From assembly GCA_965242925.1 (NCBI GenBank), contig CBDEUM010000029.1, forward strand, positions 32,001 through 96,000: a DNA stretch of 64,000 nt. The letters are read 5' to 3'. Position 1 is the stretch's first letter, and every line of letters starts with the position of its first letter. Origin of the DNA: Roseibacillus sp. (lineage in GTDB: Bacteria > Verrucomicrobiota > Verrucomicrobiia > Verrucomicrobiales > Akkermansiaceae). Below are positions 1-9,712 of this stretch, piece by piece. The notes beneath the pieces are model-generated. The model was not told the DNA's origin. It made no database searches and worked only from the letters and a program-made list of their open reading frames with translations. The translations under genes and the position numbers were made by a program.

Positions 1-256
1 GGGCTACTGCGCGGGCGTCCTCGTTGACGACGGTGTCCTCCTTGTCCTCGGGCATGGACTTGTGAATGTAGCGCGCGAGGGCGTCGACCGATTTCTTGCC
101 CCAGAGGGGTTCCTCGTGCTCTTCCTCCACTCCCTGCCCCTTGTCGCCATGACAGGAGGCGCAATGGGAGGCATAGATCTTCCTTCCATCAGGCTGTCCG
201 AGGGATGTGCACGGCGTGAGGAAGGCCGTCATGAGGAGGATGGAGGAGGATCGCAT
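1..256 (-). CDS. Exported c-type cytochrome domain protein, N-terminal part (runs off window edge)
   Basis: Translated by hand from ATG at 256: MRSSSILLMTAFLTPCTSLGQPDGRKIYASHCASCHGDKGQGV...YIHKSMPED. It has a signal-like N-terminus, a CxxCH (CASCH) and a distal MP motif. Not in the ORF track. Confidence 0.85.
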   Translation of the reverse strand, partial: MRSSSILLMTAFLTPCTSLGQPDGRKIYASHCASCHGDKGQGVEEEHEEPLWGKKSVDALARYIHKSMPEDKEDTVVNEDARAVA

Positions 257-427
257 TCGCGAGGTCTGATACGTGAGGAAGGGAACGATGTTTCGCCTGG
301 ACTTGAACGGAGTATACTCCCGAAGGAGCGTGATTGAACTCAGTTCTTGGGGGATCCAACCCCTGTGAAACAGGGGAATCCGTCATTGGCAGGGTGAGCG
401 AACGGTGACGGGCAGGGCTGGATCGCC

Positions 428-1969
428 TCACTCGTAGAGCCCGAGCGGGTAGCGCTTGTTGTTGCTGCGATCAGCCAGAAAGGCCTTTTCCAGCCGCATC
501 AGAACGTCGGGATGCTTTTTGGCCAGGTTGCTGGATTCCGTGTGGTCCTTGTCCAGATCGTAGAGTTCCCAGGCGTCCGGTTGCTTGGTGCGGACCTTCT
601 GGCGGACGGCCTTCCATTTGCCGTCCATGACGGCGAGCTGTCCCCGGTAGCCGTGGAATTCCCAGATCAGCGGTTTGCGACGTTGGAAGGATTCCTGTGA
701 TTTCTTTTCCGGTTGGAAGAGGGGCACGAGCGTGTCGCCATCGAGGTCAGCGGGCGCTTTCGTCCCGGCGATATCACAGAGCGTGGGAAACCAGTCGGGG
801 AAGTAGGAGGGGACCTCCGTGGCGGTGGCCGCGGGGGTGACACCCGGCCAGCGCACGATACAGGGCACCCGGATTCCACCTTCGTAGACGCTGCCCTTGA
901 AGCCCCGTAACCCGGCAGTGGAATTGAAGAAGTCAGCGTCGACTCCTCCCACTCCAAACTTCGGATCGCGGGAGCGATGGGTGGTTCCATTGTCGGAGGT
1001 AAAGATGACGATGGTGTTCTCGACCAACCCGTGCTTCTCGATCCGTTTCAGGATGGCTCCGACATGTTCGTCGAGGTCGGAGATCATGGCGGCGTAACCT
1101 GCCCGGGGCCGGGGATGGGGGAGGTAGCCGTTCTGTCCGCGATAGGCCCCCTTTTCCTCGTCCCATTTCTCGGGGTAGCGATCGACCCACTCGCGGGGCG
1201 GGTGCATGGCGACGTGTGGCTCGACAAAGGGACAGTAGAGGAAGAAGGGGCCGTTCCTGTTGGCATCGAGAAACTCCAGGGCCTCGGCGAGGATGCGGTC
1301 TGGGGCGTAGGTCTTGGACCGGTAGTCATCGGCCACAATCGTCCCCTTCGGTTTGCGCTGGTGCCCGGGAATGGCCTTCTCGTTGATGGTTTCGATCCCT
1401 TCGTCGTCATCGAGAAAGGGTGGGAAGAAGGAGTGGGCGTTACGCTGGCAGTTGTAGCCGTAGAAGCGGTCGAAGCCCTGTCGGATAGGTGAGCCGGTGC
1501 TGTCGGTGGGTCCGAGGCCCCATTTGCCGAACCCACCGGTGGCGTAGCCGGCGTTCTTGAGTGCTTCCGCGATGGTGACCGCCCCGGCGGTGATGGGCCA
1601 CTGGCCGGGGAATTTGCGTCCGTTCTTGGAGTCCCCGTTGTTGCGGATCTCGGCGTGGCCGAGATGGCGCCCGGTCATGAGGACGCAGCGGGCCGGGGCG
1701 CAGACCGGGGCCCCGGTGTAGTGGCGCAGGAAGCGCAGGCCTTCACCAGCCAGGCGATCGAGGTTGGGAGTTTTGATTTTCTGCTGGCCGTAGCAGCCGA
1801 CCTCGCCCCAACCGAGGTCGTCGGCCATGATGAAAACGATATTGGGTCTCGGTGGGGCCGGCCCGGAGGAGGAGTCCGGTTTGGCGGCGGAAGCGGGAAC
1901 AGCGGTAGCGCAGAGAAGGGCGGTGGCCCAGGTGCAGGCAGGAATCTTCATGGGGGTAATGGTCGTCAT
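428..1969 (-). CDS. Arylsulfatase (formylglycine-dependent, S1 family)
   Basis: PNIVFIMADDLG, CAPAR (CxPxR) and GKWGLG motifs; signal peptide after M at 1969 or 1951. Confidence 0.93.
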   Translation of the reverse strand: MTTITPMKIPACTWATALLCATAVPASAAKPDSSSGPAPPRPNIVFIMADDLGWGEVGCYGQQKIKTPNLDRLAGEGLRFLRHYTGAPVCAPARCVLMTGRHLGHAEIRNNGDSKNGRKFPGQWPITAGAVTIAEALKNAGYATGGFGKWGLGPTDSTGSPIRQGFDRFYGYNCQRNAHSFFPPFLDDDEGIETINEKAIPGHQRKPKGTIVADDYRSKTYAPDRILAEALEFLDANRNGPFFLYCPFVEPHVAMHPPREWVDRYPEKWDEEKGAYRGQNGYLPHPRPRAGYAAMISDLDEHVGAILKRIEKHGLVENTIVIFTSDNGTTHRSRDPKFGVGGVDADFFNSTAGLRGFKGSVYEGGIRVPCIVRWPGVTPAATATEVPSYFPDWFPTLCDIAGTKAPADLDGDTLVPLFQPEKKSQESFQRRKPLIWEFHGYRGQLAVMDGKWKAVRQKVRTKQPDAWELYDLDKDHTESSNLAKKHPDVLMRLEKAFLADRSNNKRYPLGLYE

Positions 1970-2039
1970 TTCCACGCGATGGTATTGGGGTGAGAAGGCG
2001 ACAGCATCAGCAGGGCATGGCAAGTCCGAAGTGCGGAGT

Positions 2040-3504
2040 TCACCGGTTCTTCCGCTTCGGGCTCTTCTGTTGCCGTTTCTGGAAACCTGCCTTCCGGGTG
2101 TGAGCAATCTCCTCAGTAGCGGTACCCTTGTCGCCCTGTGATTTCATCCAAGTGTCCAGTTGTTTTGAGAGGTCGGTCCGGATGGCGGCGAGCTTGGAAT
2201 CTCCAATGAGATTCACCAGGCAATGGGGGTCCTCCCGGACGTCGTAAAGTTCCTCAGCCGGGCGCTTCTGGTATTTGGCGATCATCGCTTTGGCGTGGGC
2301 GTCTCCCTCCTCGGCCTTCCGGTGCCAACTGGCCCAGAAATTCGCTTTTCCGTCGCCCTCCTTCCGGGTCACCGCATTGGTGAAGACCGTTTCGGGATGG
2401 AGATTGCGGATGTAGCGGTGGCGCTTCGTTCCGCAGCTGCGAATGCCGAAGGCCTCACTGCCGTTAATAATGCCGCGGGTGGTGTGCAGGCCATAGGTGT
2501 AGGTCTTGTGGCCGTGTGGACTTTCCGAGGAGAATGGGCAGGAAGGATTTGCCATCAAGGTCCTGCGGGGCTGCGCCTGCGGCCTCCAGGAAGGTCGGGG
2601 TGAGGTCGACATATTCGACGAGGGCATCGGTTTTCGTGTCGGGCTTCACCCTGCCCGGCCAGCGCGCAATCATTCCGGAGGCGAGGCCGAGTTCAAAACA
2701 GGTCCATTTGGCGAATGGAAAGCCCGAGCCCTGTTCGGAAACGACAACGACGAGAGTATTGTCCCGCAGCCCAAAGTCATCGAGGAGGGAGAGAAGGGCT
2801 CCGCACTGCCAGTCGTAGTAGGTGATTTCGGCAAGGTACTTTGAGTAGGAATCGCGCGTCGCCGGGGTGTCTACCCACGACGGGGGAAGCTTGAGCGATT
2901 CGGGCGGATAGGCGGATGGGTCTCCCTTGGTGTAGGGCGAGTGCGGCTCGTTCGAGCAGGCAAAGAGGCAGAAGGGAGTATCCGAGGACCGGCACTGGGT
3001 GATGAACTTCTTGAGATTCGGGAAGAGTGGCTTGGTTGCGGGTCCGTTGTTGCGGAAGTCGCCGGAATACTCGAAGGGGAAGGACTCCCTGGGTGCAATG
3101 TGGGTCTTGCCGCTCAGGGCCACCCGGTATCCGGCGTCCTTGAGGTAGTGGGCGACCGATTTGGTGCCCGGATAGACACAGGTGTGATTCGGCCAGGCGC
3201 CGGATTTCACCGGGTAGAGGCCGGTGTAGATGTTGTGCCGGGTGGGTGAGCACATCGGGGCGGTCTGGAAACAGCGTGTGAACTTCAGCCCCTCCTTGGC
3301 CAGTTTGTTGAGATTCGGAGTCCGGGCCTGCCCGCCATAGACCTCCATGTCGAGATAGGTGCAGTCGTCCGCTATCATGAAGACGAGGTTGGGGCGACCT
3401 GCGGCGGCGGATTGACCTGTGGTTGCCAGGGCGGCGATCGCGAGGAGGATGGTGGAGCAGAACGCCGGGAGAAGAAGGGGAGGGCAGAGCGGGTGGAGCT
3501 TCAC
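2040..3504 (-). pseudogene. Sulfatase split by a single frameshift near 2510 (pseudogene or assembly indel)
   Basis: ORF 2464..3504 has PNLVFMIADD and CSPTR and reads to LDGKSFLPILLGKSTR. The sulfatase C-terminus (HKTYTYGLHTTRG...EELYDVREDPH) continues in the frame of ORF 2040..2627. Confidence 0.85.
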
Positions 3505-3568
3505 CCGGGCATGCTAGGGGGGGCAGGAAGCTTGTCGATGGAGAACCTCCGCAGGAAAGGGGCGCCTC

Positions 3569-3979
3569 CTAGGGAATGGTGGACCACGATTTCCCCAGGT
3601 GCTCAAGTGATTCCAGGAGGCTCCCTTCATCAAGTGATCTGGCCCTGGTGGTGGCCGAACTGATGCGTCCAAGGACCTTCGCCCGGCGCTTGAAAAATTT
3701 CTTTGCAAGATCTTGCGCCACTTCCGGAGTGGGTTTTCCCACCGCATCGGAGCGCTCGGCGATCTCGTCGAACTCCTCCACCAGTTCCTCGATTTCGCGA
3801 GCGGCCTGCCGGGCACTTTCATTGTCGCTGGCCTGTTCAAGAGCGGTGGCGAACTGCTCCATCAGTTCCAGGGTGTCGCCCATGATCTTTTCGTGAGTAT
3901 CCTTCTGGCCGCAGGAGGGTAGGACGAGACAAAGGCCGACTGCCGCTAGAGTAGCGATATTGCGGGACAGGCCAGACAC
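3569..3979 (-). CDS. Hypothetical helical lipoprotein
   Basis: Hydrophobic stretch plus lipobox-like LPS-C, followed by acidic amphipathic helices. Confidence 0.7.
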   Translation of the reverse strand: MSGLSRNIATLAAVGLCLVLPSCGQKDTHEKIMGDTLELMEQFATALEQASDNESARQAAREIEELVEEFDEIAERSDAVGKPTPEVAQDLAKKFFKRRAKVLGRISSATTRARSLDEGSLLESLEHLGKSWSTIP

Positions 3980-4027
3980 GCCCCAGCCTCTGCAGTCGTT
4001 CCTCTTCCGTCGAGCAGAATCGGGCTC

Positions 4028-4450
4028 TCACCTGGTAACCGGCACGAAGCGCACGACGTCGATGATGACGTGCCAGTCGGTTTCCCTGCTGCTGATGGTG
4101 AGGGAGGCCCTGCCAGCGAGCTTATGTCTGCCGAATCCGTGAAAGGAGCCCTGTGCGGAACTCTATTTCTGGTTGAACGTAAAGATCCGGTCACCGGACC
4201 CGCCCGAGGTGGTAAGGAGGGCCGGGACCTTGGTAGCGCGGTTGGAATGGGCCACCCAGGTCACTGGAGGAGAGTCCACCCAGATGTGTGTCAGGACAGA
4301 CGATGACAACCGACTTACCCATGCGTTTGGCCTGCACCGCGGACATGACTCCCGCAAAGATTCCGCCGTAGACCACCACGTCGTGAATCTTGCCGGTAAG
4401 AGCGGGATCCACAGTCAGAAGAGTGACGGTCAGGAGAAGACGGGTGACAT
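4028..4450 (-). pseudogene. Internally deleted remnant of an exported FAD-dependent oxidoreductase with a golvesin/xanthan-lyase-like C-terminal domain
   Basis: N-terminal Rossmann start DVVVYGGIFAGVMSAVQAKRMGKSV...HLGGLSS is joined out of frame to WVAHSNRATKVP...FNQK*...LTISSRETDWHVIIDVVRFVPV. In-frame TAG at 4163-4165. Confidence 0.75.
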
Positions 4451-4610
4451 GAGGAAAGTCTCGATCTTCCTGTTCCAGTTTTCAAGTTACGCTTTCCGGC
4501 GACGGGCGATGCTTCAGTTTTACGGCGATTGTTCCTCAGCAGGTCATCATCTGGGCCTGCGATCCGGGCCGCGGGCGAATAGGCAATCCCTTACGCCAGG
4601 ATACCCTGCG

Positions 4611-5966
4611 CTACCTGGCCGCTTTCCGCAGTTCCTGCCAACGCCTGCGCATTTTGGCGAGGGTCTCCCGGTGGGAGGGATCACCCGCAAGGTTGTTGCT
4701 CTCGAGGGGATCCTTGGCGAGGTCGTAGAGTTCCTCCACCCCGGGCTTGGGGGCCAGCCAGTGGATGTATTTCCAACGCTGGCCGCGAACGGCCTCGGAT
4801 TCGGGAATGCGATCGGGGATAAAGTGATGTTCGTAGAAGAAGTCACTCCGCCAGTCCTTGGCGGATTTCGCAAGGAGCGGGGTGAGGGAGCGACCCTGCA
4901 TGCTCTCCGGGGCAGGAATCCCGGCGTAGGAGAGAATGGTGGGGGCAAAATCGATGTTGAGGACCAGTTCGGTAAGCGGTTGCGTGCGTTTCTCCCGCTG
5001 GCGGGGGTCGTGAATGATGAGGGGGATCCGGATGGATTCCTCATGGGCGAACCACTTCCCGGCCAAGCCCCGTTCCCCGAGGTAGAATCCGTGGTCAGAG
5101 GTGAAGATGATCACGGTATTGTCGGCCACCCCCAGCTTCTTCAGTTCCTCGCGCATGCGTCCGAGCTCCCGGTCCACGCCGAAGAGGAGACGGTAGTAGT
5201 CCTTCACGGTGTTCTGGAAGAGTTTGGGAGAAAAGCGGATTTCCCAGCGCCGGCGCGACTCGGAGGTCTTGAGGGGCTCGTGGAGGGATTGGAAGATCGC
5301 AGGATCGGAAAGCGGAGCTGGTGGGATGATGATGTTGTCAAAGATCTTCTCGTCGCGCTTGTCGGGGGGGAACTGGCGCTTGGCTCCGTCCTGGCAGTGC
5401 ACGGCCTTGAAGCTCACCGAGAGACACCACGGTTTGTCCTTGGGAGCGGTGCGCAGGAACTCGAGGGACTGGTCCCCCTGCAGGGCGGTGAGGTGCTGGT
5501 TGTCCTTGCGCTTGGGATCGAGGAAGCGCCCCTGTCCCGCGAAGCCGCGCCAGAAGTCGAAGGTCTTGCGTGCTTCCGTCATCTTGTTGCCCACGCCATA
5601 TTTCCCCACGAAGCCGGTGTGGTAACCTGCCTTCTTCAGGAGTCCCGGGTAGGCCTTGTCCCACGCATCCGCGGTGAATTCGTTGCGAAAACCGTGGATC
5701 TGGTGGCGGGCTTCGTACTGGCCGGTGAAGATGCTGGCGCGGCTCACCATGCAGATGGCGGTGGTGACAAAGGCGCTCTCGAAGACGTGGCTCTCCCTGG
5801 CGAGGACGTCAAGGTGGGGTGTCCGGCAGATCTTGTGTCCGGCAAAGCCGAAGGTGTCGTGACGCAGGTCGTCGACAAGGAGGAAGAGGATGTTTGGCCT
5901 GGGGGCGGCGGGGGAGGCGGAAGGGAGGCACAGGAGAAGCGACAGGATGGCCAGGAGAACTCTCAT
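4611..5966 (-). CDS. Sulfatase (S1 family)
   Basis: Signal peptide; PNILFLLVDD, CMVSRAS, GFVGKYG, FTSDHG and ELYDL motifs. Confidence 0.93.
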   Translation of the reverse strand: MRVLLAILSLLLCLPSASPAAPRPNILFLLVDDLRHDTFGFAGHKICRTPHLDVLARESHVFESAFVTTAICMVSRASIFTGQYEARHQIHGFRNEFTADAWDKAYPGLLKKAGYHTGFVGKYGVGNKMTEARKTFDFWRGFAGQGRFLDPKRKDNQHLTALQGDQSLEFLRTAPKDKPWCLSVSFKAVHCQDGAKRQFPPDKRDEKIFDNIIIPPAPLSDPAIFQSLHEPLKTSESRRRWEIRFSPKLFQNTVKDYYRLLFGVDRELGRMREELKKLGVADNTVIIFTSDHGFYLGERGLAGKWFAHEESIRIPLIIHDPRQREKRTQPLTELVLNIDFAPTILSYAGIPAPESMQGRSLTPLLAKSAKDWRSDFFYEHHFIPDRIPESEAVRGQRWKYIHWLAPKPGVEELYDLAKDPLESNNLAGDPSHRETLAKMRRRWQELRKAAR

Positions 5967-6033
5967 GCCGGGTTGTTATGAGCTGTGACCTTGGAGGGCG
6001 ACAAAAAAGGTCATTTGCCTTCCCCGGGAGGCG

Positions 6034-6501
6034 TTAGCCCGGATGCCTGCTGAGCAGGCGCCCGGCGAGGTTCGGGAGGGGGAGCATCTCCCTGCGATTC
6101 AGGGTGCTACCGGTCGCGTCCACGTATGTGGTGGTGCGCACCCGCTGGGTTCCATCACGCTTGGTGAACCGGATGGTGTCCACCGTGGGGCAGCCGCCTT
6201 CCGTCTTCCCGGCGTAGAAGACAAAGAGGCGATCCAGGCGGATGCGCTCCTCGTCGGTGAGTCGGTGGGTTCCGAGTTTGCGGGGTGTGCCAATCTTCCC
6301 CGGGGTGTCGAGGGCGTAGATCACGACTTCATGGGCGGTGAAGACGAAGCGGTAGGAATAGTGGTGGGAGCATCCTATCGACTTGTAGCGGATGGTGAGG
6401 CTTTGACCGGATTTAAGGTTCAGGAGGGAGAACTCGCGGGGAGCGGGTGCGTGGTCGCGGAACGCGCCTGCGATCATGGTGGAGAGGACCGGTGAATACA
6501 T
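6034..6501 (-). CDS. Hypothetical protein
   Basis: 155-aa ORF with globular composition and two Cys (SIGC...GGC); co-oriented with its neighbours. Confidence 0.55.
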   Translation of the reverse strand: MYSPVLSTMIAGAFRDHAPAPREFSLLNLKSGQSLTIRYKSIGCSHHYSYRFVFTAHEVVIYALDTPGKIGTPRKLGTHRLTDEERIRLDRLFVFYAGKTEGGCPTVDTIRFTKRDGTQRVRTTTYVDATGSTLNRREMLPLPNLAGRLLSRHPG

Positions 6502-6625
6502 GGGATTCAGGATGCTGGTTCAGTTATCATCCAGACTAGGGGCCAGCCCCGGCAGGACAATGAACCGTTAGGGTTATCCCGGACTGGAATTTAACCCGGT
6601 TGAGGCAGGGAAAGAGTCGTTGCTC

Positions 6626-7051
6626 CTACGGGCACTCGTTCTCGGCGAGCCAGTCGTTGAGAATCTCGAGGGCGGCGACCTGGTCGATAAGGTCTTTCTG
6701 CGCGCGGGCAGACTTGCCGGCTTCGCGCAGTTTCCCGGCGGCGCTGGTGGTGGTGAGACGTTCGTCGCTGTATTGGATGGGAATCGCGGGAATCTTCCCG
6801 GCGAGTTCGGTGCCGAAGGCGCGCACGCGGTGGGCCGCTTCGCCTTCCCTGCCATCGAGGCGCAGGGGAAGGCCGAGAAGGATCAGCCTGATCCTGCGCT
6901 CTTCCACGATTTGGGCGATGCGCGGGAGGGGGTCGACCCGGCGCGTGTGAATGGTTTCCACCGGATGAGACGCAATTCCCAGCTCATCGGTGGCGGCGAG
7001 ACCGATGCGAGCCTGGCCGTGATCGATGGCGAGAATGGGGTGGTGGCCCAT
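6626..7051 (-). CDS. ruvX: Holliday junction resolvase RuvX / pre-16S rRNA nuclease YqgF
   Basis: ILAIDHGQARIGLA, GLP, DERLTT and IDQVAA motifs. Confidence 0.93.
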   Translation of the reverse strand: MGHHPILAIDHGQARIGLAATDELGIASHPVETIHTRRVDPLPRIAQIVEERRIRLILLGLPLRLDGREGEAAHRVRAFGTELAGKIPAIPIQYSDERLTTTSAAGKLREAGKSARAQKDLIDQVAALEILNDWLAENECP

Positions 7052-7075
7052 GGGGAATGCGGGATTTGAAATCTC

Positions 7076-8146
7076 CTACAGCAACTCGTCGGGGAGTTCC
7101 TGGACGATCTTCCTGATCTCATCGGCCCGGTGGCGGTTGGCGACCAGGATGGCGTCGTCGGTTTGCACCACGATGAGGTCCTCCACGCCGAGGAGGGCGA
7201 TGCGACGGTTCTGTTCGCTGAAGACGATGTTGTTGCTGCTGTCCACCACCGTGACCGGGGTGTTGCACTGGTTGGAATCGGACACGGTTTCGAGGTGTCT
7301 GGCAACCGAGATCCAGGAACCCACGTCGTCCCAGTCGAAGGAGGCCTCGATGTTGAGGACGCGGGAGGCCTTTTCCATGAGGGCGTAGTCGATGGAGATG
7401 GGAGCGAGTTCGGGGAAGCGGGTCGCCACCGTGCCGGCCGCGTCGCTGCTGTCGCGAATTTCCTCCACGAAGCTCCCCAGCTCGGGCGCGTGGTTGTGAA
7501 GCTCGTTGAGGACGGTGGGGATCGCCCAGATGAACATCCCGGCATTCCAGGCGAAATTCCCGCTGGCAAGAAACTCTTCGGCCTGCTCCGGAGCGGGCTT
7601 CTCGCGGAAACGCACCACCTCGTGAGGCCGATGGGCGAGCTTCAGGCCCCCCAGATCGGCTGCTCCTCCCCGCTCGACGTAGCCGTAGGAAGGACAGGCC
7701 CAGGTGGGTTTGATTCCCACCGTGATCAGTCCCTCGCTTTCCGAGGCGGCAGCGAGGGCGTCGCTCATGACGGATTGAAAGGCGGTGGTGTCCTGGATCA
7801 GTTGATCGGAGGGCAGGATCAGCATGGAGGCCTCCGGGTCCCGTGCCGCTACCAGACCGATCCCGAGGGCAACCGCCGGTCCGGTATCGCGCCTGGCGGG
7901 TTCCGCGAAGATATTCTCGGGGGGCAGGGAAGAAGCCAGTTGGCGCACGGCGTCTTCCTGGAGGGAGTTGGTGAGGATGAGAATGTTCTCGCGGGGGATC
8001 AGCCCCTCAAGGCGGGCGAGGGTCTGGCTGAGCAGGGTACCGGCACCGAAGAGATTGAGGAGCTGTTTGGGTTTTGCGTTTCGGCTGAGGGGCCAGAAGC
8101 GGGTGCCGCTGCCGCCCGCCAGGATCATGGCATATGAACTCGACAT
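7076..8146 (-). CDS. manC: Mannose-1-phosphate guanylyltransferase
   Basis: ILAGGSGTRFWPLSR..KPKQ, FREKP, WNAGMF, SIDYALMEK and WDDVGSW motifs. Confidence 0.93.
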   Translation of the reverse strand: MSSSYAMILAGGSGTRFWPLSRNAKPKQLLNLFGAGTLLSQTLARLEGLIPRENILILTNSLQEDAVRQLASSLPPENIFAEPARRDTGPAVALGIGLVAARDPEASMLILPSDQLIQDTTAFQSVMSDALAAASESEGLITVGIKPTWACPSYGYVERGGAADLGGLKLAHRPHEVVRFREKPAPEQAEEFLASGNFAWNAGMFIWAIPTVLNELHNHAPELGSFVEEIRDSSDAAGTVATRFPELAPISIDYALMEKASRVLNIEASFDWDDVGSWISVARHLETVSDSNQCNTPVTVVDSSNNIVFSEQNRRIALLGVEDLIVVQTDDAILVANRHRADEIRKIVQELPDELL

Positions 8147-8243
8147 GCTGCGGCGATAGTGCCGGAACATTGGGGATGGTTAAAAGCAGCGATGTGAGGA
8201 ATTTCTTGTTTTTCCCCGGCAGAGTGTAAGTTAAGTTCAGTTC

Positions 8244-8570
8244 GTGAATGATAAACCGCAGGATCCTGGAAGAACGCTGGTGGAAGCCAGCATCGAGTGT
8301 GGGCCGGTTGCGCTCGGGGTAGCGGCCGGGATCTTTCTGGGTGACATGATGCACCGCAGCGCCCGACGTCCGGTGGCCTTTGCTCTGGGAGTGCTCGGAA
8401 TCGCAGCCATCGCTCCGGTAGTTGTCGACACCGTGTGCGACAAGGTGGCGGGACCGAACACGCGTCGCGGAACGCAGCGTACTCTCCGGAGTATTCGGGA
8501 AGGGGCGGGGGCCCCGGCCCGTGATATTAACTTCGTGGAGGAGGAACTGGGCGAGATGTACGTGGGCTAG
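8244..8570 (+). CDS. Hypothetical small membrane protein
   Basis: 108 aa with two hydrophobic segments; GTG start after an AT-richer spacer. Confidence 0.7.
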   Translation: MNDKPQDPGRTLVEASIECGPVALGVAAGIFLGDMMHRSARRPVAFALGVLGIAAIAPVVVDTVCDKVAGPNTRRGTQRTLRSIREGAGAPARDINFVEEELGEMYVG

Positions 8571-8646
8571 GGGAATCGGGGACTTGTCATGCCCGGGGAC
8601 TCTGCTGCTTGCGGCGGTCCGGACCGTTCCATGCCGGGGCGGGCTT

Positions 8647-9645
8647 TCAAGCCGCTCCCTGGCGGTGCAAATTGGCGGCTATCTCCCGGACCACCAGGGG
8701 AAAGCTGGCGCGGAAGCGGTGTTGCGGACGCCAGCTCAGACCCGCCACGGCCTTGCTGAAGTCCACCGCGTAACGTCGGTCATTGCCCGGACGATCGGCC
8801 ACATGGGTGATAAGGGAGGATGGTTTGGCCAGGATCTCGAGGACGCTGCGGGCGATGCCCAGATTGGTGCGTTCGCACTGCCCCCCGAGGAGATAGACGG
8901 CTCCGGCATGGCCCCTGAGGAAGGCTGTAATCATTCCGCGGCAGTGGTCATCCACATGCATCCAGTCACGGATCTGCATGCCGTCGCCGTGGATGGGAAC
9001 CGGCTGGTCATGAAAAGCGGCGTGCACGAGGGAGGGGATCAGTTTTTCGGTGTGCTGGCGGGGCCCGTAGTTGTTGCTGGAACGCGTGATGACGATGTCC
9101 TGTTCGTGGGAGCGTGTGGCAGCGAGGCAGAAGAAATCGGCAGCGGCCTTGGAAGCGGCGTAGGGGGTGGTGGGGTTGAGCGGCCTGATTTCCACGAAGC
9201 GCTCAGGGGGTGAGACCGAGCCGTAGACCTCGTCGGTGGAGCACTGCAGGAGGGGGACCGCAGCGGCCCGGCACGTTTCCACGAGATGGGAAGTTCCGAT
9301 CACATTGCTGTGCAGAAAGGTGGAGGTGGAATCCAGGGACCGTTCGACATGCGACTCGGCGGCCAGATTGAACACCCCCGTGATGCGATGCTCGTGCAGG
9401 AGGCTGGCGGTGAGTTCGCGGTCGGCGATGTCCCCTTCCACAAAGCCAAAGCGAGGATCCTGATCGGGTCCGATGAGGTTGCCGCGGTTCCCCGCGTAGG
9501 TGAGTTTATCGAGCACGATGAGGCGCTCCAGCCCTTCCGCCCGGAGGAGGTGGCGGACAAGGGTGGATCCGATGAATCCGGCGCCCCCGGTGAGGAGGAT
9601 GGAGCGGAGTTGGCGCACGCGGGAGAATAGGCAGGATTGCGGCAA
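8647..9645 (-). CDS. rfbB: dTDP-glucose 4,6-dehydratase (true start may be a few codons downstream)
   Basis: TGGAGFIG, DKLTYAGN, AAESHV, STDEVYG, YAASK, NNYGP and RDWMHV motifs. Confidence 0.93.
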   Translation of the reverse strand: MPQSCLFSRVRQLRSILLTGGAGFIGSTLVRHLLRAEGLERLIVLDKLTYAGNRGNLIGPDQDPRFGFVEGDIADRELTASLLHEHRITGVFNLAAESHVERSLDSTSTFLHSNVIGTSHLVETCRAAAVPLLQCSTDEVYGSVSPPERFVEIRPLNPTTPYAASKAAADFFCLAATRSHEQDIVITRSSNNYGPRQHTEKLIPSLVHAAFHDQPVPIHGDGMQIRDWMHVDDHCRGMITAFLRGHAGAVYLLGGQCERTNLGIARSVLEILAKPSSLITHVADRPGNDRRYAVDFSKAVAGLSWRPQHRFRASFPLVVREIAANLHRQGAA

Positions 9646-9712
9646 AGGGAAATGGCTCTTTTTTGATGACGGCGCATTGCAGGGGATTCTGGGGACCTGC
9701 TAGGATCGCTCC

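Noticed and set aside
4173..5981. 602-aa plus-strand ORF
   Set aside because: Antisense shadow of the sulfatase at 4611-5966; no motifs; expected from high-GC codon bias.
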